From contig CAZFYQ010000001.1 in NCBI GenBank assembly GCA_964523905.1, positions 40,718-104,717 on the forward strand: a stretch of DNA of 64,000 nucleotides. The letters run 5' to 3'. Positions 56,730-64,000 of the stretch are shown here, in pieces (the stretch's first letter is position 1; each line of letters starts with the position of its first letter). Source of the DNA: an uncultured Gammaproteobacteria bacterium. Lineage in GTDB: Bacteria; Patescibacteriota; Microgenomatia; Daviesbacterales; UBA10151. The translations under genes and the position numbers were made by a program. The notes below the pieces were generated by a model, which was not told the origin of the DNA, made no database searches, and was given only the letters and a program-made list of their open reading frames with translations.

Positions 56730-56739
56730 ACATTCATAT

Positions 56740-57294
56740 ATGGCATCAAGATCTTGGAATAGAGTAGAACTAATTGGAAATCTGACCCGCGACCCCGAAC
56801 TTCGGTTTACCCCTAATGGCGCTGCTGTTTGTACTTTTGGACTAGCCACTAACCGCACTTATGTTTCTGAAGGTGAGAAAAAAGAAGAAGTCGATTTTCA
56901 TCGTTTAGTAGCCTGGAATAAGCTGGCAGAACTGTGTAATCAACTGCTTAAAAAAGGCACTAAAGCTTTTATTTCCGGCAGATTACAAACCCGTTCCTGG
57001 GAAGCTCAGGATGGTCAAACCCGTAATGTAACTGAGATTGTAATAGAAGATATGATTGTCTTAACTCCCAAAGCCGGTGGTAGTGATTATACTGCAGCTG
57101 CAACTGAGGCTTTTGGATTGGATGAAATGCCGGTTGTGGAATCTGTAGAGAAAAAGCATGTTGTTGAGGCACCAAAAGAGGCAGAGCCATCCGCCTCCGC
57201 TACTAAAGTAGCTTCGGCGGACAAGGAAAAAGCTGTAGAAGAAAAACCAGAAACCGCACCTCAAGAGGAAATAAAAGACGATCTACCATTCTAA
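56740..57294 (+). CDS. ssb: Single-stranded DNA-binding protein
   Basis: NRVELIGNLTRDPELR, GRLQTRSWE, C-terminal DDLPF. Confidence 0.96.
   Translation: MASRSWNRVELIGNLTRDPELRFTPNGAAVCTFGLATNRTYVSEGEKKEEVDFHRLVAWNKLAELCNQLLKKGTKAFISGRLQTRSWEAQDGQTRNVTEIVIEDMIVLTPKAGGSDYTAAATEAFGLDEMPVVESVEKKHVVEAPKEAEPSASATKVASADKEKAVEEKPETAPQEEIKDDLPF
57190..57221 (+). repeat. REP-like palindrome in frame in ssb linker
   Basis: TCCGCC-tcc-GCTAC-taaa-GTAGC-ttc-GGCGGA. Confidence 0.6.
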
Positions 57295-57337
57295 CCTTGC
57301 TTTGAGACTCAATTTAAGATACAATTCCTAAAAGATT

Positions 57338-57679
57338 ATGCCAGAAAAAAAGATTACTAGAAAAATAATTACCAAAAGAGCCTCGACTAAAAAAGAGGTG
57401 GCTGCTCCTGCAGAACTTGCTCCTGAAGTAGTGGAAGAAAAAGCTGAAGTTAAATCAGCTCCCCGTGATGAGGTCAGAAAACGCTTCTGTCATTTTTGTA
57501 AAACCAATACAGTTCCATCATATACTGATATTGCTAATTTAAAACGATACCTGACAGAACGTGCCAAAATTCAACCAAAGCAAAGAAGCGGCGCTTGTGC
57601 TAAGCATCAGCGTGGTATTGCCAAGCAGATTAAATATGCTCGTCATTTAGGCCTCCTACCATTTGTCCCCAAAGTCTAA
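57338..57679 (+). CDS. rpsR: 30S ribosomal protein S18 (Zn-ribbon type, N-terminal extension)
   Basis: CHFC, YLTERAKI, GACAKHQR, ARHLGLLPF. Confidence 0.95.
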   Translation: MPEKKITRKIITKRASTKKEVAAPAELAPEVVEEKAEVKSAPRDEVRKRFCHFCKTNTVPSYTDIANLKRYLTERAKIQPKQRSGACAKHQRGIAKQIKYARHLGLLPFVPKV

Positions 57680-57699
57680 AAGCTGTACACTAGATACAT

Positions 57700-58368
57700 A
57701 TGTCTGTTCAACTGCCTGGTCTGTTTGACAGTTTTGATCACTTAGACCTAATTGATATTAATAACCTGTCGGCCTGGCTTAAGCCCTCTCCTCAAGCAAT
57801 TCGTTTAGAAAACTATTTAGCCAACCGAATCTTATATCCCCAAATTTTACCGCTAACAGCTGAGGATATGAAAATTGATTTGGCGATTTTAAGAGAAGCT
57901 TTGCGCTTAAATCGACCACAGCCGACTGATGCATCTAATGGGATGTTAGGGGACAACCCTTTTTTAAATACCGCTCTTCGAAAGATTATTATTCCATCTC
58001 ATTTGCTGCGTTTTGTGCCAGATCTTGGTCAGCTGGCCTGGGCTTTTGTTGATGGATTACTAACTAATCGCAAAAAGAAGGATTATTTTGAAGATCTTTG
58101 GACAGTGGTGTTGGCTGATCAAACTGATGAGATTATTGGATCGGTAATAACTCCGGAGTTTAAAGATAAAGCGGATTATGTTGACATGAATATTTTAGGC
58201 CAAAACTTAAGGATTAAAGCTGGTACTTTAACCGTAATTCCCTGTAACAAAGATCGCTGTGAGATTGCCTACAAATTTTTAAATGGTCAGCTGCTTGGTA
58301 AAAAAGAATCAGCTTTACAAATTTATGGGGGAAGACTCGGTTTTATTGTTGATGGAAGGGGGATTTAA
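57700..58368 (+). CDS. Conserved hypothetical protein resembling the C-terminus of GlmL/MutL-like proteins
   Basis: ENYLANRILYPQILP; GGRLGFIVDGRG. Confidence 0.55.
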   Translation: MSVQLPGLFDSFDHLDLIDINNLSAWLKPSPQAIRLENYLANRILYPQILPLTAEDMKIDLAILREALRLNRPQPTDASNGMLGDNPFLNTALRKIIIPSHLLRFVPDLGQLAWAFVDGLLTNRKKKDYFEDLWTVVLADQTDEIIGSVITPEFKDKADYVDMNILGQNLRIKAGTLTVIPCNKDRCEIAYKFLNGQLLGKKESALQIYGGRLGFIVDGRGI

Positions 58369-59511
58369 ATGAGTTTATTTGCACCGCGCAGGCTTAGAAT
58401 TGAAAAAGAGATTATTGTTCGTTTAACCAGAAGTTTAAAAGGTAGTGGCAAAATCATTGTTTCAGTGGGTCAGGAAGTAACACCAGCGGATATTTTGGGA
58501 ACTGCTTTTGTTTCGGCTGGTTTTCGCAATATTAATCTGGCGCAACTTTTGGAAGTAGGACCAGATACAGTTACAAAATACCTTAAACGCACAGTGGGCC
58601 AGCGAATTTATAAAGGTGAGCTGCTGGCTGAAAAAAGTGGTTTTCTACAAGGCAAAAGGCAGGTATTGGCACCAACAGATGGAATACTAGATTACCTGGA
58701 TCCAAAAAGCGGTGAGCTCCATCTGAAATTTTTACCAAAAAAAGAAGAATTACCTTCTGGGGTATTTGGTATTGTGGAGGCGGTAGATCCAAATCGGGGA
58801 CAAGTCTTAATCCGGACCCAAGTTAGTTTGGTCTATGGCATGTTTGGCACTGGCAGAATTAGAGATGGGGTACTGCATCTAATTACCAAGCGGGATGATT
58901 TTTTACAAAAAAAAGCCATTTCTGCGGAATCGGCAGACCATATTTTGGTGGCTGGCAGTTTAATTTTTAAAGAGGTAATTAGTAGTGCAATTTCTGCCGG
59001 AGTCAGTGGAATTATCACCGGCGGGATTAATGCCAAAGATTATCAAGGCATGTCTGGTGGCAGGATTAAGTTTCCTAAAAAAACCGAAAATGATGTGGGT
59101 ATTTCTATTGTAGTTTGTGAAGGCTTTGGCTCGATTCCAATCGGTTCTGATATTTATGAAACGCTCAGCGTTTTTAATGACCGTTTTATTTCGATTGATG
59201 GCAATAAAGGCTTAATCTATTTGCCGGCTTATCAGTCGCAAAGTCTAATTAAAATAAGAGCTACTCATCTTCCGCCAATACAGGAAACCACCAACATCCG
59301 TTATGTGGAAGATACTAACCTGGAGGATATAAATCTAGGTCAAATGGTGAGGATTATTGGTAATTCCTATCCAGGTGATCAGGGGAAAATTATTGCTATC
59401 GACCAGGCAGAAACACTGCTTCCTTCTGGTTTGAGGGCCTTTTTGGCAACAGTGGAGACTAAACGGTCTAGACTGAAAGTTCCAGTTGCCAATTTGGAAA
59501 TAATAATGTAA
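58369..59511 (+). CDS. Conserved hypothetical protein with barrel-sandwich-hybrid repeats and KOW-like end
   Basis: VSVGQEVTPADILG, VGQRIYKGELLA, GVSGIITGGI, EGFG, GQMVRII. Confidence 0.65.
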   Translation: MSLFAPRRLRIEKEIIVRLTRSLKGSGKIIVSVGQEVTPADILGTAFVSAGFRNINLAQLLEVGPDTVTKYLKRTVGQRIYKGELLAEKSGFLQGKRQVLAPTDGILDYLDPKSGELHLKFLPKKEELPSGVFGIVEAVDPNRGQVLIRTQVSLVYGMFGTGRIRDGVLHLITKRDDFLQKKAISAESADHILVAGSLIFKEVISSAISAGVSGIITGGINAKDYQGMSGGRIKFPKKTENDVGISIVVCEGFGSIPIGSDIYETLSVFNDRFISIDGNKGLIYLPAYQSQSLIKIRATHLPPIQETTNIRYVEDTNLEDINLGQMVRIIGNSYPGDQGKIIAIDQAETLLPSGLRAFLATVETKRSRLKVPVANLEIIM

Positions 59512-59524
59512 TGTTAGTCATTAA

Positions 59525-60745
59525 ATGAATGAATTCTTCAAAAAAGTGGACATCCGGTTAGTACTGGTTGCTACACTAACTTTTTTCCTGGGTTGGCAGC
59601 TTGGCCAAAAAAATCTGCAAAATCAGGCCATTATTAACAGTCAAGTTCCAGCCGGAATTAATGTTAATTTTAAATTGTTTTGGGACACCTGGAATCTGCT
59701 TTCTACAACCTATTATGATAAATCTAAATTAGATCCACAAAAAATGTTTTACGGGGCAATTTCCGGAATGGTAGCCTCAATTGGCGATCCATACACAGTC
59801 TTTTTGCCACCGCAACAACAGAAAGCCACACAAGAAGAATTAAGCGGCAGTTTTGAAGGAGTTGGTCTGGAGCTTGGTTTTAATGAAGCAACTGGCTCAT
59901 CAGAACCAAGAGGCTTGGCTGTAATTTCACCTTTATCCGGAACTCCGGCAGAAAAAGCTGGTATTAAACCACAAGATTTAATTGTTAAAATTAATGACAA
60001 AGACGCCATTAATTTAAGCTTACCGGATGCGGTTAATTTAATCCGTGGACCAAAAGGCACGGCTGTTAGTTTAACCATTCTTCGACCAGGTGAAACTGAT
60101 ACCAGAGTTTTTAAATTGACCAGAGAAACCATTATTGTCAAAAGTGTGGAAGTGTCATATCGTCAAACTGATAATGGTAAAAATATTGCTTTAATTAAAT
60201 TGTCCAGATTTGGTGAGAGAACTGAAGATGAATGGAAACAAGCGGTTGATGATATTGTCACCAAAAACCCGGATGGCATAATTTTAGATGTTAGAAATAA
60301 TCCGGGTGGATATTTGGAAGCAGCAGTGTTTATTGGTTCAGAGTTTTTGGACGGCGGAAATGTGGTATTGCAACAAGATAATAAAGGTAATAAGACCCCG
60401 TTTAAAGTAAGCAGAGTAGGCAGAATATTAAAAACTCCGCTGGTGGTTTTAATTAATAAAGGTTCTGCATCAGCCTCAGAAATTGTAGCAGGAGCTTTGC
60501 AAGATCGCGGCAGAGCTAAACTAGTAGGTGAACAATCCTTTGGTAAAGGAACCATTCAGGAAGCGGAAGATTTAAGTTACGGCACTGGAATTCATATTAC
60601 AGTGGCTAAATGGTTAACCCCTAACGGACATTGGGTTAATGCCACACATGGTTTAACTCCGGATGTAGCGGTAGCTGCTGGTGAAAATGCTCAGGATAAA
60701 ACAGATGACCCGCAGTTAAACAAAGCTTTAGAGCTTTTGCAATAA
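59525..60745 (+). CDS. ctpA: S41A carboxy-terminal processing protease
   Basis: GDPYT, PDZ domain, LDVRNNPGG, SASASEI, FGKGTIQ. Confidence 0.93.
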   Translation: MNEFFKKVDIRLVLVATLTFFLGWQLGQKNLQNQAIINSQVPAGINVNFKLFWDTWNLLSTTYYDKSKLDPQKMFYGAISGMVASIGDPYTVFLPPQQQKATQEELSGSFEGVGLELGFNEATGSSEPRGLAVISPLSGTPAEKAGIKPQDLIVKINDKDAINLSLPDAVNLIRGPKGTAVSLTILRPGETDTRVFKLTRETIIVKSVEVSYRQTDNGKNIALIKLSRFGERTEDEWKQAVDDIVTKNPDGIILDVRNNPGGYLEAAVFIGSEFLDGGNVVLQQDNKGNKTPFKVSRVGRILKTPLVVLINKGSASASEIVAGALQDRGRAKLVGEQSFGKGTIQEAEDLSYGTGIHITVAKWLTPNGHWVNATHGLTPDVAVAAGENAQDKTDDPQLNKALELLQ

Positions 60746-60747
60746 TT

Positions 60748-61440
60748 TTAGAATTTGATTATTAGTATTCGTGGTAAGTGGGCTAAATCTTTTTTCACTT
60801 CTACTTTTGCCTTAGGGAAATATTTTTTGGCTTCATTTAATGCAATTTTTTCCTGGGATTCGTCAATTTCTCCCACAAATAATTTAGGGATTAAATTCTT
60901 TTCTATCATCTGGGCAAATAGTTTTCGGTATAAATCAAATCCATCCGGGCCGCCATCCAATGCAATTAATGGTTCAAAGTCCCGGACCGATGGATCAAGA
61001 AAAGAAATCCTACTGGAGGGAATATAGGGTAAATTAGTGACAATGATATCAGGGGCTGTTGCAAATTTTTCCAGTAAGTCACTGTTAACAAAGAAAATGC
61101 GGTTTTCAACATGATTTTTTTTGGCATTTTCTCTGGCAATATTTAAGGCTGCTGTAGAAATGTCTGCGGCGAATAATCTGGCTTTGGGGGCATTTTTGGC
61201 TATTGATATGGAAATACAGCCGCTTCCTGTTCCAAGATCCAGGATAGTAAGAGATTGTTTCGCTGCGCTCGCAATGACGTAGTCTACCAGTAACTCTGTT
61301 TCCGGCCGGGGAATTAAGACATCAGGAGTAACTTTGAATTTTAATTTGTAAAATTCGACCCAGCCTTGGATGTATTGATAAGGTGTATTTTCCGGAAATT
61401 CCTCACCCGGTCCTATTCTAATAACCGGACCATTTCTCAT
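60748..61440 (-). CDS. prmC: Release factor glutamine methyltransferase
   Basis: [29 protein letters not shown]. Confidence 0.93.
   Translation of the reverse strand: MRNGPVIRIGPGEEFPENTPYQYIQGWVEFYKLKFKVTPDVLIPRPETELLVDYVIASAAKQSLTILDLGTGSGCISISIAKNAPKARLFAADISTAALNIARENAKKNHVENRIFFVNSDLLEKFATAPDIIVTNLPYIPSSRISFLDPSVRDFEPLIALDGGPDGFDLYRKLFAQMIEKNLIPKLFVGEIDESQEKIALNEAKKYFPKAKVEVKKDLAHLPRILIIKF
61251..61278 (-). repeat. REP/RPE-like fragment in frame in prmC
   Basis: GTCATTGCGAGCGCAGCGAAACAATCTC encoding VIASAAKQS. Confidence 0.6.
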
Positions 61441-62381
61441 TCGGCAAAGGCATCCACAATTGACTCTATGTTGCCTTCTAAGATTTTTTCTAAGTTATGC
61501 CAGGATTTTTGTAATCTATGATCAGTGATTCTATTTTGTGGGAAATTGTAGGTGCGGATTTTTTCTGAGCGGTCTCCCATACCAACTTGTGCGGCTCTGG
61601 TATCAGAAATATTACCCACAGTTCTTTGCTGCTCGGCTTCCCAAAGTTTGGCCCGAAGCATTGACATGGCATTTTCCCGGTTTTGCAACTGTGAGCGTTC
61701 AGTTTGCATGGTGACCACAATTCCTGAAGGAATATGTTTAAGTCTTACCGCAGTTGAAACTTTATTCACATTTTGGCCTCCTGCACCGCCAGATCTAAAA
61801 GCTTCAAAGGTAATGTCAGCAGGATTGATGACAAATTCTTTTTCAGTGACCTGGGGTAACACTGCCACTGTGGCAGTGGAAGTATGAATTCTGCCAGAGG
61901 ACTCGGTTACTGGTACTCTTTGGACCCTGTGGACTCCGGATTCATGAGACAAAGCAGTGTATGCACCTTTTCCGGTTATCTTTATTACCACCTGTTTAAT
62001 CTGGCCAATACCGCCCTCAGAGCGATCCAGTTCTTCTATTTTCCATTTATTTTTTTCAGCAAACCTGGTGTACATTCTAAACAAATCTCCGGCAAATAAC
62101 CCGGCTTCATCACCACCGGCAGCGCTTCTGACTTCTAAAATAGCGACGTTAGGATTGATGCCTCCTGGGAGTCCATTGGACTCCCGTCCTTCGGACCCAT
62201 CCGAGGTGCTAGCTTGCATGGGAGTGGCGGCCGAGTTTTCCAAATCAGCTTTTTCCTGTTCCAGTCTTTGAATTTCAGCCATGGCTAAACCTTCCATTTC
62301 TGGATCAGAAAGTAGGGTTTTGTTTTCTTCGATCTTACGATCAATTTCTGCTATTTGCTGCTGTAAGTAATTATTATCCAT
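61437..62381 (-). CDS. prfA: Peptide chain release factor 1 (short N-terminal domain)
   Basis: [14 protein letters not shown] (PxT), [19 protein letters not shown]. Confidence 0.95.
   Translation of the reverse strand: MDNNYLQQQIAEIDRKIEENKTLLSDPEMEGLAMAEIQRLEQEKADLENSAATPMQASTSDGSEGRESNGLPGGINPNVAILEVRSAAGGDEAGLFAGDLFRMYTRFAEKNKWKIEELDRSEGGIGQIKQVVIKITGKGAYTALSHESGVHRVQRVPVTESSGRIHTSTATVAVLPQVTEKEFVINPADITFEAFRSGGAGGQNVNKVSTAVRLKHIPSGIVVTMQTERSQLQNRENAMSMLRAKLWEAEQQRTVGNISDTRAAQVGMGDRSEKIRTYNFPQNRITDHRLQKSWHNLEKILEGNIESIVDAFAE
62161..62236 (-). repeat. GC-rich double-hairpin segment in frame in prfA
   Basis: GGGAGTCCA-T-TGGACTCCC (62167-62185) and CTTCGGA-ccca-TCCGAGG (62189-62206). Confidence 0.6.
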
Positions 62382-62420
62382 AAGTAAATTATAGCTTGTC
62401 GTAGTGACAAAGGGGAGTAT

Positions 62421-62744
62421 CTAAGAAACGTTTTTGCGGGCTTGCATTAGCAAGTCTTTTAAAGAAGGACGTTCTTTTTTGCGTTCGTCCATTTTGGCTT
62501 TTTTATTAGCCATAATTCTTTGCTGTTCAGCTTGTTTGGATTTGGAAATTTCCATTTTCTTAACAAAACGGTCTACCTGGCCTAAAGTATCAACAAATTT
62601 CTGGGTTCCAGTATAAAACGGGTGACAAGCGCTGCAGATTTCCACTTTAATAGCCGGTATAGTAGAACCAGTAGTAAAAGTGGTTCCACAAGCACAGCTT
62701 ACTTTAGCTTCGGCAAACCACTCAGGATGTATACTTGCTTTCAT
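62421..62744 (-). CDS. rpmE: 50S ribosomal protein L31 (Zn type, C-terminal extension)
   Basis: [21 protein letters not shown]. Confidence 0.96.
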   Translation of the reverse strand: MKASIHPEWFAEAKVSCACGTTFTTGSTIPAIKVEICSACHPFYTGTQKFVDTLGQVDRFVKKMEISKSKQAEQQRIMANKKAKMDERKKERPSLKDLLMQARKNVS

Positions 62745-62786
62745 GATTTAGCTATTATACCAGGCTTGAAGCTGGTTAACAAGTCG

Positions 62787-63725
62787 TCAGACGCGGTGGG
62801 CTTTATGATGCCGACGGTGAATTACTTTGGTTAAGGTGCCTAGGAATACTCCAATGATTATTAAAAATGTGCCTAGTAAAAAAGATGTGGAAATAATTTC
62901 ACCTAAAACTAATACAGCCAAAAAACTGGCAACAAACGGTTCCACATATTGAAATAAATCAGCTGAGGCAATGGTGCTTCTGGCCAGTCCCCATTCAAAT
63001 AAGAAGTAAGCAGAAATAGAAGAAAGCAGTGTCATATAAGTCAGTCCTAGCAAGCCTAAAATAGTAATCTGGCTGGCCCAGCCGGGATTATTTAAATATT
63101 CAATGCCAGCCGGGATCAACATAGCAATTGTGCCTACCATAAAAGCAATGGCAGTTACTGTTAAAGAAGGATATTTACCCAACAGTTTCTTGGAAATCAC
63201 CGCCCCCACTACCCAGGCAATAGAGGACAGTACTATCAAAATATTTCCCAGTAGAATCTGCGGGGAAATCGTGCCGGTAAAAAACTGTGGCAAACCAATT
63301 AAAACAGCAGCCCCTAGAAAACTGGCGATCACACCGATGATATTAACCAGATAAATCTTTTCCTTAAAATAAATCCAGCCAATTAACACTGAAATAATCG
63401 GGATGATTAAAGTGAGAACCGAGGCATCAATGGCCGTGGTACGTTTAATTCCTTCAAAGAAAAAAGCAATGTTTAAAGTAATAATAAATACTCCAACAGC
63501 AACCAGGGAAGGTAAGTCCTTTTTGTCAATCTTTACACTTTTAGTTTGAGCTAGGAAAAAGGGGGATAAGAACAAAGAGGCTAGAGCAAAACGGAGCAAA
63601 GCCAAACTCATTGGAGGAAATTCCTGTAAAGTCACCTTAGCCACCACAAAATTAGCTCCCCATATGACATGAGCCAAAATTAGCGCAATATAAGGCCAGG
63701 GCTTTTTCCAAATCTGTGACGCCAC
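62787..63725 (-). CDS. DMT/EamA family transporter
   Basis: IWGANFVVAK, PPMSLALLRF, about ten TMs. Confidence 0.9.
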   Translation of the reverse strand: MASQIWKKPWPYIALILAHVIWGANFVVAKVTLQEFPPMSLALLRFALASLFLSPFFLAQTKSVKIDKKDLPSLVAVGVFIITLNIAFFFEGIKRTTAIDASVLTLIIPIISVLIGWIYFKEKIYLVNIIGVIASFLGAAVLIGLPQFFTGTISPQILLGNILIVLSSIAWVVGAVISKKLLGKYPSLTVTAIAFMVGTIAMLIPAGIEYLNNPGWASQITILGLLGLTYMTLLSSISAYFLFEWGLARSTIASADLFQYVEPFVASFLAVLVLGEIISTSFLLGTFLIIIGVFLGTLTKVIHRRHHKAHRV

Positions 63726-63742
63726 ATAATAATTGTAGAATA

Positions 63743-64000
63743 TTAACTAACTGAAGTCGAGGAGGGGGCAAGAGCTTTTCCTGCAAAGCTGGAACGAGAA
63801 GCGTCTAGTAATCCGGAAGAGGCGGGAAAAGAATCCTTCCAATCAACAGCAAAACGATGAGCAGTTCTACGACCAGCAAGATAATCTGCAAAATCCCATT
63901 CAGGTAAGCTGACTCGCAAGCGAGTAGAATCATCAACATGTCTAAACGCCGATCGAATCTCAATTACAAAAGGTTTATGTTGATCTGTTTTCCTAAATGT
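63743..64000 (-). CDS. Hypothetical protein, 3' part (starts beyond window)
   Basis: Open 85-codon frame TFRKTDQHKPF...APSSTSVS*. Confidence 0.55.
   Translation of the reverse strand, partial: TFRKTDQHKPFVIEIRSAFRHVDDSTRLRVSLPEWDFADYLAGRRTAHRFAVDWKDSFPASSGLLDASRSSFAGKALAPSSTSVS

Noticed and set aside
1-64000. CRISPR or other regularly interspaced guide array
   Set aside because: No run of three or more equally spaced repeats with unique spacers was seen in any intergenic region, and no cas gene
1-64000. Alternative genetic code (UGA as Gly or Trp)
   Set aside because: Conserved genes are intact under code 11 and several end in TGA at the expected positions

Overview
AT-rich bacterial chromosomal window using genetic code 11. 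Gene content and style (reduced metabolism, leaderless genes, many lineage-specific small proteins, an N-terminally shortened RF1) suggest a Patescibacteria/CPR genome, probably Microgenomates; this is inference. Contents in order: two ABC exporter operons; msrA; a small-peptide/NoeA-like/sulfatase-like surface-modification trio; an OmpR-type two-component system with an extracytosolic flavinylation module; a 1700-aa surface protein; a Crp-linked ldh-gpmA-eno-ppsA cluster; an accessory island at about 32.3-37.0 kb; two P1B ATPases; topoisomerase IB; an ice-binding-domain/sortase pair; a HigBA-like TA pair; and housekeeping genes (ychF, rpsF-ssb-rpsR, ctpA, prmC-prfA-rpmE). Best leads: (1) a DUF3800 RNase H-like gene paired with a convergent, independently promoted and terminated structured ncRNA of about 105 nt; (2) a sortase-anchored ice-binding protein frameshifted at a G8 tract in its signal peptide, a candidate for phase variation; (3) a small IS200/IS605-like, omegaRNA-like element with no TnpA or TnpB; (4) two regulons readable from the DNA (Crp boxes at -41.5 and an 11-bp-period direct repeat); (5) palindromic and heptamer micro-insertions in frame within conserved genes. 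No tRNA, rRNA or CRISPR array was seen. All family calls come from motif recognition by eye, not database searches.
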